From Oligoflexales bacterium (GTDB taxonomy: Bacteria > Bdellovibrionota_B > Oligoflexia > Oligoflexales > RGVZ01), in contig CANFEB010000001.1 in the NCBI GenBank assembly GCA_947445775.1, positions 147,291 to 211,290 of the forward strand: a stretch of 64,000 nucleotides of DNA. The letters run 5' to 3'. Within the stretch, counting starts at the first letter, position 1; the number at the start of each line of letters is the position of its first letter. Shown here one piece after another: positions 1 through 7,930 of this stretch. Below the pieces are notes generated by a model. That model searched no databases. It saw only the letters and a list, made by a program, of their open reading frames with translations, and had not been told where the DNA came from. The translations under genes and the position numbers were made by a program.

Positions 1-2492
1 TTTTCCAGCGTCTGAACTTTCGATTCGTCGGGCCTGCGCAACTGATCCAGAATCCTGTCGACCTCGACCCGTTCCTGCAAGGGCAGGGCTGGACGCATAC
101 TTTCAAGCGCCACTGCCGCCTCGGCGACACCACCAATTCCAATGCTGCGATAGGCCCCCTGACGGATCGTCAGCAGGTCATGGCGCAACATCTTGCCAAG
201 TTCCGCTGCAATCTGGGCCTGCAAAGTTTTTCCGGCATAGCGATGCAAGGCTGCAATGGCCTGAAGTGCCGCTGGCATGGCCCGGTAGGACACAACCCCA
301 GATTTGATGCGGTTTAGACAGGTATGCGCCGCGTCATCAGAGCGAAACGCAGCCAAAGCTCTAAATACGGAAGCCTCCACAAACCCGTGACGATCTAGGC
401 ATAAAAACTCGCGCTCAACAGACGGCATCAACGCCGGCTCGCGTTGGGCTCCGAGGCATTCGATTAAAGCGCCCCGGCAAAGTGGGGGCAGGGATTCCTT
501 GAGGCGCGTTGTGACCACGGTGGCAACCCGTTCGTCGCGAAAGCTGCGCGCGGCGTTGGCCAGAGAATGAAGAACCCTGGGATCAGTCTCCAGCGTCATC
601 CAAGCCACGAGGGCGCCAAGGCTGGCCTCTGTGTTGGAATCGGCAAGGAGCGTTGCCACTTCACTGCGCACGCCCCAGTGGGGCTCGCACATCATTGCAT
701 CACCAGTTGCCTTGATGTTGGCGGCGCGTCCGGTTTTCAACAATTCACCAGCGGCGAGAATTCTGCCAATGACATCCTTGGCGCCCGTAAGTTGAGCCTT
801 GAGCAGGTCATCGCCAGGATTGAATTCCAGTTTGACCAACGCGCGGCACTTCGGATCAAAACGAACTTGATCAGGGCGCTGGGGCATGGGCACAACAAAA
901 TCGTGAGACTTGCGTTCAATGGCGATGGCTTGTGTATGGGCTGCGCCACCGACCGACCAGCCTATATCTGTTTCAAACGTAAATGACTTGCCTGGGCTAG
1001 TGCTGTCTGCCGCGGCGCCGTCTTGTTTTTGTTCGACGGAAAAGGTCCCCGCCTTAGCGGCCTCGTCCCACGCAAACGAAACTTTCAGATCGGGATAACC
1101 GCCGCCAAAAATCCATTGGTCAAAAAATTTGACGAGGGAGCGCCCAGAATGGTGTTCAAGTTTGCGCCGGAAATCATCAGTTTCAACGACCCGTCCACGA
1201 TAGGTTTTTACATAATCTTGCACGCCAGCCCAGAAAATCTGGTCGCCGAGAAGTCCGCGCAGCATGTGCAGGCGGCAAGCGCCCCCCGGATACAAATGGC
1301 GATCGTACATTTGCCAGGACGACTTAAAGCGGCGGGTGACCAGGGGACGCCGATATTTTTCATCGGCTTCGGAAAAATAAGCCTGAGCATTGCGATGGTA
1401 ATCAACGAGTGCATCGTCGGCACCGTAACGGTCCTCGAGCCAGCACTGTTCCATGTAGGTTGCCCAGGATTCTTTGAGCCAGGCGTGGGCAAAATCGCGG
1501 CAGACCACCGAATCGCCAAAAAAGCTGTGGGCCATCTCGTGGATGTTCACTTGATCAATGAACCACAACCACTCCCGTCCATGAGCTTCATCGGCGACAA
1601 AAATATCGCTCCAGCTAACGAGGGAAATGTTTTCCATCGCGCCGCCAAAGGCCGGCAAGGCAAATTGGAAGTACTTTGGAAACGGGAAGGGGGAATCCAG
1701 CTTGGTTGTAAGCCAGCGCAGCATGTCCTTGGTGCGCCCAAAAGAACGCTGCAGGTCGGCAACCGAGTGAGGCTCGGTCGTAAAGCTTGCCACCGGAATT
1801 CCATCAAACTCGCCGTCGTCAGCTCTGATGAAATCGCCAACGGCAAAGCAGATCAAATAACTTGGACAAGGTTGTTCCAAGCGCCAATGGGCTGTTTTCG
1901 TGCTGTCGCCGTGGTCTTTTTCGCTGATCAGACTCCCATTGGCCAAAATCGTAAAACGTTTCTCGGCCGTCAGGTGGAAATCCAGTGTTGTGCGCACATG
2001 GGGCAAGTCGACACAGGGCAACCAGAATCGCGCCCGTTCGGTTTCATGGTCGGTCGCCGCATAGGTTGGCTGGATGCGCGAGGGCTGCTTTTCCATGGCG
2101 GGGGATGGGTTCATAAAGAACAGGCCAGTCACCGGTTTTTCAATGCGGTAGACGATTTCGACGCGACGCTTTTCGGCGGTTGCGAAGCCCTTGGCCCAGC
2201 GAACATGAATCTTTTCCCCGTCGTAGCGCCAAGATAATTCGTGCCCGTCGGGATCCTTGACCACAACATCAAGAAAGGCCACGGCGTCTAAAATCAAGCG
2301 CTCGGCTCCTGGCGCCCGCGCTGCGGCGGTCACCGTCACGGTGCCCGACAGGCATTGGCCAACCACATCAACCTTCAGGTCGGCGTCTAGATGAATGGGC
2401 TCAATTTGCTGGTCGGGTGGATATTGGTCCTCGGCACCTGGACCACTGAAGGATTCCGTAGGGTTCAAATGCTGAAGTCGATTCAAACACAT
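1..2492 (-). CDS. pepN: M1-family aminopeptidase N (gluzincin); 3' end runs off the window
   Basis: Minus-strand ATG at 2492-2490 (MCLNRLQHLNPTESF...). The frame stays open to position 1, so it is absent from the ORF track (no stop in window). My translation shows the GAMEN exopeptidase motif (encoded 1629-1643) and HEMAH-X18-E zinc site (HEMAH encoded 1527-1541). The 404-aa plus-strand ORF 1023..2237 is its antisense shadow. Confidence 0.85.
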   Translation of the reverse strand, partial: MCLNRLQHLNPTESFSGPGAEDQYPPDQQIEPIHLDADLKVDVVGQCLSGTVTVTAAARAPGAERLILDAVAFLDVVVKDPDGHELSWRYDGEKIHVRWAKGFATAEKRRVEIVYRIEKPVTGLFFMNPSPAMEKQPSRIQPTYAATDHETERARFWLPCVDLPHVRTTLDFHLTAEKRFTILANGSLISEKDHGDSTKTAHWRLEQPCPSYLICFAVGDFIRADDGEFDGIPVASFTTEPHSVADLQRSFGRTKDMLRWLTTKLDSPFPFPKYFQFALPAFGGAMENISLVSWSDIFVADEAHGREWLWFIDQVNIHEMAHSFFGDSVVCRDFAHAWLKESWATYMEQCWLEDRYGADDALVDYHRNAQAYFSEADEKYRRPLVTRRFKSSWQMYDRHLYPGGACRLHMLRGLLGDQIFWAGVQDYVKTYRGRVVETDDFRRKLEHHSGRSLVKFFDQWIFGGGYPDLKVSFAWDEAAKAGTFSVEQKQDGAAADSTSPGKSFTFETDIGWSVGGAAHTQAIAIERKSHDFVVPMPQRPDQVRFDPKCRALVKLEFNPGDDLLKAQLTGAKDVIGRILAAGELLKTGRAANIKATGDAMMCEPHWGVRSEVATLLADSNTEASLGALVAWMTLETDPRVLHSLANAARSFRDERVATVVTTRLKESLPPLCRGALIECLGAQREPALMPSVEREFLCLDRHGFVEASVFRALAAFRSDDAAHTCLNRIKSGVVSYRAMPAALQAIAALHRYAGKTLQAQIAAELGKMLRHDLLTIRQGAYRSIGIGGVAEAAVALESMRPALPLQERVEVDRILDQLRRPDESKVQTLE

Positions 2493-2573
2493 GGGTTCAG
2501 CTCCACTTCATATCCATAATAAGAGCGCAGACAATATCTCAGTGATTATAATGCCAGATCAGTTATGTTTCCG

Positions 2574-2602
2574 TTGACAACTGGCAGCCTCACCGGGATA
2601 AA
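2574..2602 (+). promoter_or_regulatory. Candidate sigma70-type promoter for the rplU operon
   Basis: TTGACA at 2574-2579, a 17-nt spacer, then GATAAA at 2597-2602, about 125 nt upstream of the rplU ATG. Pattern match only. Confidence 0.35.
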
Positions 2603-2642
2603 GGGGGGCTCTGTTGGGGAACGACTTTTGGCTTCAGAAGTT

Positions 2643-2724
2643 GGATTTCTCAAAGATTTTGGACAGATTTTTCTAGATTACCTAAAGATTAGCTAAAGAT
2701 TACTTAAAGATTATCGAAGGTTAC
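2643..2724 (+). repeat. Eight phased copies of AGATT(A/T) with ~11-bp period in the rplU leader
   Basis: Copies start at 2643 (GGATTT), 2654 and 2665 (AGATTT), 2675, 2686, 2697 and 2708 (AGATTA), and 2719 (GGTTAC, degenerate). Spacings are 11,11,10,11,11,11,11. Confidence 0.85.
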
Positions 2725-2728
2725 TGAC

Positions 2729-3040
2729 ATGTACGCAGTCATCAAAACGAGCGGTCATCAGTTTAAAGTTCAAAAAGGCGACCTCATTCGCGTAAACCGT
2801 CTTGGCGGCCAACCGGGTGAAAAAGTTTCCTTCAACGAGGTTCTCCTCCTTGGCGGCGCAAAACTTGGTGTCGGTGCTCCGACGGTCAAGGGTGCCAGCG
2901 TCGAAGGTGTGATCAAAGAACACACCCACAACGACAAGGTCATCATCTTCAAATACATGCGTCGCAAAAATTACAAGCGTACCCGCGGCTACAAACACGC
3001 CGTCACGGTCGTCGAAATCAACACCATTACTGGCGCCTGA
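2729..3040 (+). CDS. rplU: 50S ribosomal protein L21
   Basis: MYAVIKTSGHQFKVQKGDLIRV... is the typical L21 N-terminus. 103 aa, followed by rpmA as in the conserved cluster. Confidence 0.95.
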   Translation: MYAVIKTSGHQFKVQKGDLIRVNRLGGQPGEKVSFNEVLLLGGAKLGVGAPTVKGASVEGVIKEHTHNDKVIIFKYMRRKNYKRTRGYKHAVTVVEINTITGA

Positions 3041-3100
3041 TATCTATCCACTGTACCCCTGAGGTACTTTTGGACGAGCAGGTGCTGTTGAGGAGTCTTC

Positions 3101-3361
3101 ATGGCACATAAAAAAGCAGGCGGTAGTAGCCGCAACGGTCGTGATTCCAACCCGCAATACCGCGGAATCAAAGTTTACGGCGGCCAAGAGGTCGTTTCCG
3201 GAAACATCATCGTGCGCCAAGTTGGCAGCACCTTCCACGCTGGCATAAATGTCGGTCGCGGCAAGGACTTCACGCTGTTCGCCAAGGCGGATGGTGTGGT
3301 GACTTTTGAGCGGCTTGGCAAAAAACGCCAACAGGTTTCCGTGTATCCGGCCAAGGCCTGA
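3101..3361 (+). CDS. rpmA: 50S ribosomal protein L27
   Basis: [29 protein letters not shown]... is the canonical L27 N-terminus. 86 aa. Confidence 0.95.
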   Translation: MAHKKAGGSSRNGRDSNPQYRGIKVYGGQEVVSGNIIVRQVGSTFHAGINVGRGKDFTLFAKADGVVTFERLGKKRQQVSVYPAKA

Positions 3362-3389
3362 ACCGAAATCCGTCTCTTTTAGCTTGAGA

Positions 3390-3428
3390 CTGCAGGTGTT
3401 GCTTCCGCGGCGCTTGTAGTTTTTTTTT
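3390..3428 (+). terminator. Intrinsic terminator/attenuator between rpmA and obg
   Basis: A 13-bp stem (3390-3402 pairs with 3407-3419, five G-U pairs in RNA) with a TTCC tetraloop, followed by a T9 run at 3420-3428. Confidence 0.6.
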
Positions 3429-3444
3429 ATTTCGCGAAAAAATC

Positions 3445-4659
3445 ATGAAATTTGTTGATTCCACAGAAATATTCGTTAGTGCCGGTGATGGCGGTTCGGG
3501 CATGGTCAGCTTCAAGACTGCTCGCAACATGCCTAAACTCGGCTGCGACGGCGGCGACGGCGGCAACGGCGGAAATGTCGTTTTGGTCGGCAACCGCCAG
3601 CTCAACACCCTGAGTGGCCTACGCTACAAACGCCAATATGGCGCTGAAGACGGCCAACGCGGCGGAACCAGCAACAAAACCGGTGGCAACGGCGAAGACC
3701 TTGTTATCTCGGTGCCCCTGGGCACCCAAATTTTCGATCCCGCCACGGGAGAAGTCATCTGGGAAGTCCTTGGCCACCAGCAGCAGATCGTGATCGTCAA
3801 AGGGGGCGAAAGGGGCTTGGGCAATCAGCGCTTTTTGACTTCGACCCACCAGGCTCCCGTGGAATTCACGGAAGGCGCCAAGGGTGAATCGGCGCATTAC
3901 CGCTTGGAATTAAAGTTGATTGCCGACATTGGCTTGGCCGGGTTTCCAAACGCCGGTAAATCAACCCTGCTCAGCGTCATGAGTGCCGCCAAGCCAAAAA
4001 TTGCCGATTATCCATTCACCACTCTGGTCCCGAACCTGGGCGTGGTTGAGCTCAAAGACCGCAGCATCTATTCCGGCGAAGCTTTTGTCATGGCCGACGT
4101 TCCGGGTCTGATCGAAGGGGCTGCTGAAGGCAAGGGCCTTGGCCACGCTTTTTTGCGTCATCTTGAACGGACTCAAATGATCGCCTATCTGGTAACTGCC
4201 GTAAACGATGAGGAAATTGCGCCGGTTGATGCCTTCCAAACGCTGCGCCAGGAATTAACCCGCTACAGCCCCGAACTTGCCGCTAAACCAGCCTGTGTGA
4301 TTCTCACCAAAACAGATTTGATCGACGCAGAAAATCGCGAGCAAAATATCGTTACCCTGTCGGCGCCTCTGGTGGCACAAGGGCTTGAGGTCTTGGCGAT
4401 CTCGTCTGTTGAAAATTCCGGGCTCGACCACCTCAAACGGTTTTTGTACGACCGGATCATGGAATACAAAAATGCCCAGATGGATTCCGAAAAACCGGGA
4501 ATTTTGGCACTCATGGCGCAGAATGATCCCAAAACGGGCAAAATGATTCGCAGGTGGCTGGATACTCCCGGCGTGCGCATTGAGTTCACGGAACAAGAAA
4601 CCCACGACCTAAAAGCGATGCCCCGCCCGGAACTGGGCAAGCTCCTCACTCATGAATAA
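3445..4659 (+). CDS. obg: GTPase Obg/CgtA
   Basis: N-terminal Obg fold signature MKFVDSTEIFVSAGDGGSGMVSFK, a Gly-rich region, and G1 motif GFPNAGKST. Sits in the conserved position after rpmA. Confidence 0.93.
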   Translation: MKFVDSTEIFVSAGDGGSGMVSFKTARNMPKLGCDGGDGGNGGNVVLVGNRQLNTLSGLRYKRQYGAEDGQRGGTSNKTGGNGEDLVISVPLGTQIFDPATGEVIWEVLGHQQQIVIVKGGERGLGNQRFLTSTHQAPVEFTEGAKGESAHYRLELKLIADIGLAGFPNAGKSTLLSVMSAAKPKIADYPFTTLVPNLGVVELKDRSIYSGEAFVMADVPGLIEGAAEGKGLGHAFLRHLERTQMIAYLVTAVNDEEIAPVDAFQTLRQELTRYSPELAAKPACVILTKTDLIDAENREQNIVTLSAPLVAQGLEVLAISSVENSGLDHLKRFLYDRIMEYKNAQMDSEKPGILALMAQNDPKTGKMIRRWLDTPGVRIEFTEQETHDLKAMPRPELGKLLTHE

Positions 4660-5344
4660 GCCAATGTCCACACCCACATCTAAGTCGCTACCGCCACTGG
4701 GACAGTCTCCGTCCCTCATCATTTTTGGTGGAACATTTGATCCTCCGCACAGCGGCCACGCCGCCTGCCTAAAGGCTCTGATCGCGCAATTTCCGGCCAC
4801 AAGGATTGCCATTATTCCAGCCGCCGTGCCCCCCCCGACCGGAACCCAAACAGCCAAAACGCCTTGGCTAACCTTTGAGGCGCGCCTGGAACTTTGCCGG
4901 CTCATGGTTTCTGACCAATGCGCGGAGGAATTCGTCGATGTTTTGGATATTGAAGGCCAACTTTCGCACCCGAATTACACGCTCAATACGCTGAAAGCCC
5001 TGCAACCCTCCGCCCCCTCAAATCACTTCGGTACTCGCCTGGCCATCTTGGTCGGTGGCGATCAGTTTGCAGGCTTTGACTCCTGGCACCTGCCAGACCA
5101 GATTGTCGAAATGGCGGACCTCATAATTGTTCCGCGCGCAAACGAGGCCATCCAATGGCCCCAAGGGGAAGCCGCCAAAAAGGCGCGAGTCTGGGCCCTG
5201 AATGTCCACACTCCAGCGGCCTCGAGCACCTTAATTCGCGAAATGATCCAATCCGGCGACGCCCTCCCACAAGGTTGGCTGACACCGGGTGTGCATTCCC
5301 GTTTGCAACAGCTCGCAGGCAAGGCTATAGAGACGCGGGTATAG
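4652..5344 (+). CDS. nadD: Nicotinate-nucleotide adenylyltransferase
   Basis: IFGGTFDPPHSGH nucleotidyltransferase motif and conserved obg-nadD-rsfS order. The start overlaps the obg stop; an alternative ATG lies at 4664. Confidence 0.85.
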   Translation: MNKPMSTPTSKSLPPLGQSPSLIIFGGTFDPPHSGHAACLKALIAQFPATRIAIIPAAVPPPTGTQTAKTPWLTFEARLELCRLMVSDQCAEEFVDVLDIEGQLSHPNYTLNTLKALQPSAPSNHFGTRLAILVGGDQFAGFDSWHLPDQIVEMADLIIVPRANEAIQWPQGEAAKKARVWALNVHTPAASSTLIREMIQSGDALPQGWLTPGVHSRLQQLAGKAIETRV

Positions 5345-5381
5345 ACTTTTTTTGCCTTCAAACGATCCTCAAGGTATTCCA

Positions 5382-5732
5382 ATGAAACCGAACGACATTG
5401 CCATCGAAGCCGCCAAAGCCGCCCTGGATAAAAAGGCCACCCGCCTGACCGCTCTTGACCTGCGCGGCCTATCGGACATGTGCGACGTGCAGATGATTTG
5501 TTCAGGGGAAAACGAGCGCCAAACCAAGGCGATCGCCGATGCCATCACCGGTCATATCAAGCAAAATGGCGGCGGAAATCCAGTTGCCGTGGAAGGCCTT
5601 CAAACGGGCGGTTGGGTGCTTATTGATTACGGCTCTGTGATCATTCATGTCTTTATGAATGAATACCGGGATTATTATGCCCTCGAATCCCTATGGCCGA
5701 CGGCCAAGGCGATCTCGCTGCCTGGCGCTTAG
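5382..5732 (+). CDS. rsfS: Ribosome silencing factor RsfS
   Basis: ~116 aa with ...DLRGLSDMCDVQMICSGENERQTKAIADAI...WVLIDYGSVIIHVF. ATG 5382 is preferred over TTG 5352 (AAGG Shine-Dalgarno 7 nt upstream). Confidence 0.85.
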   Translation: MKPNDIAIEAAKAALDKKATRLTALDLRGLSDMCDVQMICSGENERQTKAIADAITGHIKQNGGGNPVAVEGLQTGGWVLIDYGSVIIHVFMNEYRDYYALESLWPTAKAISLPGA

Positions 5733-5750
5733 GCGCTTAGGCGATAAACC

Positions 5751-6224
5751 ATGCGCCTCATTCTAATCAAACAAGCCAAGGTCGTTCTGCCCGGGATTCG
5801 GGACCTTTGCCAAATGTATGAAACCCGCCTCCAACGGTTTTATGACGTTGAGTGCGTCGAACAAAAAAGTGGGCCGGGAAAAACCTCCAAGGCCACATCC
5901 AAAACGACTTCTAAAACCACTTCTAAATCCGTCGCAGCAAGTCCAGGAATCCTGACCGTAGCCCTTGACGAAAAAGGCGCGAGTTGGGCGTCTCGCGACC
6001 TGGCCACCAAACTGCAATCCTGGGCCGATGATCCCCGCATCAAATCCGTCCGCTTTGTTGTGGGCGACGCTCACGGCCTTTCCCAAGACATCCGCGACAC
6101 TGCCGATTTCACCTGGGGGCTTTCGCCACTAACCCTTCAGGGTGATTTGGCTTGGCTGATTTTGTGGGAGCAAGTTTACCGCGCCGTGACCCTTAACAAG
6201 GGCATTCCCTATCATCACGATTGA
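5751..6224 (+). CDS. rlmH: 23S rRNA (pseudouridine1915-N3)-methyltransferase RlmH
   Basis: 157 aa with a SPOUT C-terminus (...FVVGDAHGLS...LSPLTLQGDLAWLILWEQVYRAVTLNKGIPYHHD), following rsfS. It carries a TSKATSKTTSKTTSKS low-complexity segment. Confidence 0.85.
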   Translation: MRLILIKQAKVVLPGIRDLCQMYETRLQRFYDVECVEQKSGPGKTSKATSKTTSKTTSKSVAASPGILTVALDEKGASWASRDLATKLQSWADDPRIKSVRFVVGDAHGLSQDIRDTADFTWGLSPLTLQGDLAWLILWEQVYRAVTLNKGIPYHHD

Positions 6225-6237
6225 GATTTCAGCTCTG

Positions 6238-6271
6238 TCACCCTGAGGGTTAGCGAAGGGTTCTTTTTTTC
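6238..6271 (+). terminator. Weak hairpin plus T-run after rlmH (REP-like GTCACCCTGA...AGCGAAG element)
   Basis: ACCCT (6241-6245) can pair with AGGGT (6258-6262), followed by TTCTTTTTTT. The stem is short, so function is uncertain. Confidence 0.35.
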
Positions 6272-6276
6272 CTCCG

Positions 6277-7404
6277 TCAAAACGCCTCGTTGAGTTGAAC
6301 GTAGAAACCATCGGATTCTGTGGTCTTGCCGTAGTCCACACGGATCGCAATCCGTTCATTTTCATCGACAACAAAACGAATGCCGCCACCAACAGAATAT
6401 TTTGCTGGTGTTTTGGAGATCTGCCCCAGGTCTTTCGCCACATTTCCGACCGAACCAAATCCGGCGCCACGAAATCTGCCCCACACGGGAAAGCGGTACT
6501 CGGCCTCGCCGATCACAGCCACCTTGTCACGGTAGCGCCCTTCGTAGTAGCCACGCATGCGGTCCGGCCCACCAAGACTGGCCAACTCACGAAACGGAAC
6601 GTCCCCAATTTGGCCTTGGGCAAATAACCTCAAAACAAAAACCTGCGCTTCCGCGACGTCTAAATACCGGCGGGCATCCACTTGGATTTCATTGAAGGGG
6701 CGATCGCTGGAATTCATGTACTCATAGTGAATGAACCGCACCGAATCAAAAGCCCCAGACATAGGCGCAAAGAGGTTGTCGCGGGAGTCTCTCGTAAGCA
6801 GCATTCCCAGTCCCCCTGAGCGTGCGCCGTCCGATCCTGTTAATACCCCCGAGGCCACAACGCCATCCGCCGCAGTTTCTGTTACCTTGTAAGCGCTCTG
6901 GATCGCAATCGGCCCGACGCTCCAACCAAAAGAGGTTGCGCGTTCCCAAGACGCCTCCACCATTACGATGTTGGTGGCGTAATCTTCCTCCATCGCCGAG
7001 GTTGTTCGCGGGCCAACCCCCCAAAACTTATCTGGGTATTGCCGATAGCGGCTAAAAATAGAGGCATGATCCTTGCCGCCATTCCATCGCCGGCTCAGCA
7101 GCAGCGACGTGATCAGCTGTTTTTTCTCCGTCAAAATCACCAGCGGTTTTACTTGAGACGGCTTGGCATCTGCAGGGTCGTCATCATTGCGAAAAAAATA
7201 AATAAATAAACCGCCAGCGGCGACGGCGGTCTCTGGGGTGTAGTAGAGGGCGGGAATAGGAACAAAACCGCTTTTGACGGCTGCCGGATTCGTTGCAGGA
7301 CTCGTCGCAGGACTACTCGCTGCAAAACTCATGGGGGGCTGCGCGACGATTGCCATAGCCGTCAGAATCGCTGTCAAAAATGTCGCCAATATTAACTTCG
7401 ACAT
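6277..7404 (-). CDS. Omp85/surface-antigen (D15) family beta-barrel protein without an obvious POTRA domain
   Basis: Signal peptide MSKLILATFLTAILTAMAIVA. C-terminal barrel motifs ...GGPDRMRGYYEGRYRDK...AEYRFPV...GGGIRF...VDYG...FYVQLNEAF, with a terminal Phe. Confidence 0.75.
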   Translation of the reverse strand: MSKLILATFLTAILTAMAIVAQPPMSFAASSPATSPATNPAAVKSGFVPIPALYYTPETAVAAGGLFIYFFRNDDDPADAKPSQVKPLVILTEKKQLITSLLLSRRWNGGKDHASIFSRYRQYPDKFWGVGPRTTSAMEEDYATNIVMVEASWERATSFGWSVGPIAIQSAYKVTETAADGVVASGVLTGSDGARSGGLGMLLTRDSRDNLFAPMSGAFDSVRFIHYEYMNSSDRPFNEIQVDARRYLDVAEAQVFVLRLFAQGQIGDVPFRELASLGGPDRMRGYYEGRYRDKVAVIGEAEYRFPVWGRFRGAGFGSVGNVAKDLGQISKTPAKYSVGGGIRFVVDENERIAIRVDYGKTTESDGFYVQLNEAF

Positions 7405-7427
7405 TTGAAGGCAATTTCCCCGTCATT

Positions 7428-7466
7428 CTGATCGCAGCGAAGACTTCTGTCCTTCGCTGCGATCAG
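7428..7466. repeat. Perfect 15-bp inverted repeat (hairpin) between two minus-strand genes
   Basis: CTGATCGCAGCGAAG (7428-7442), a 9-nt loop, then CTTCGCTGCGATCAG (7452-7466). No U-tract on either strand. Confidence 0.8.
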
Positions 7467-7485
7467 AGGAATGATTTTAAGAAAA

Positions 7486-7785
7486 TTAAGGCTTTTTAGC
7501 GACGGGCGCTTTTTTGTTGGCCTTCACCTGTTTTGCCTTTGAGGTTTTAGCCCCTTGGCGCTTTTTTGCGGATGCCGGAACGGCCGCCTCAGTTGGTCCA
7601 GCCGATTCGCCTTGAATTTGGTACTCAGAAACGGCCGACGGGTCGCTGCTGGCCGGCTGATTGACGTCACCAGCCACTGGCTCGCTTGGCGTGGCCTGAT
7701 CTTTCGAACATGCCCCTGCCAGAGTCAGAGCCAGAGCCGCAAATGAAATCACTGCGATTTTACGAAAAAATGAAGTCTGCACCAT
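7486..7785 (-). CDS. Small lipoprotein with Lys-rich C-terminal tail
   Basis: MVQTSFFRKIAVISFAALALTLAGAC has a lipobox (LAGAC). AAGGA Shine-Dalgarno before ATG 7785. The tail is ...KKRQGAKTSKAKQVKANKKAPVAKKP. Confidence 0.65.
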   Translation of the reverse strand: MVQTSFFRKIAVISFAALALTLAGACSKDQATPSEPVAGDVNQPASSDPSAVSEYQIQGESAGPTEAAVPASAKKRQGAKTSKAKQVKANKKAPVAKKP

Positions 7786-7930
7786 TTTTGAGTTCCTTTT
7801 TAATTCGTTCAAAAAATCATGAGCCAATACTGTGCCATAAGTTTAAGCCAGTGCCAAAAAAACTCATAATTTCGATGCCAGCGGAAAAACCGGGTGGCGT
7901 TTCGTCGTTTTTGGGCTAAAACCTCGCCCT

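Noticed and set aside
1023-2237. Long ORFs antisense to real genes. Examples: 1023..2237 (+, 404 aa) opposite pepN; 36028..37212 (-, 394 aa) opposite the phosphohexomutase; 10609..11586 (-, 325 aa) opposite the DksA-like gene; 38888..39577 (+) opposite ssb; 26367..27077 (+) opposite the Cys-repeat protein; and the multiple frames over the FliL repeat at 50027..50625.
   Set aside because: In each case the opposite strand encodes a protein with clear family motifs. The antisense translations are Arg/Gly/Pro/Ala-rich low-information sequence, typical of shadow ORFs in G+C-rich DNA.
4829-4836. A homopolymer C8 tract inside nadD (AVPPPTG), and several A8 tracts (49945-49952 and ~50174 in fliL, ~56551 in flhB), considered as phase-variation switches.
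   Set aside because: These are essential or core genes, and the tracts simply encode Pro or Lys runs. Their length is at the lower limit for slippage, and there is no evidence of frame disruption. They are worth remembering only as sequencing-error hotspots.
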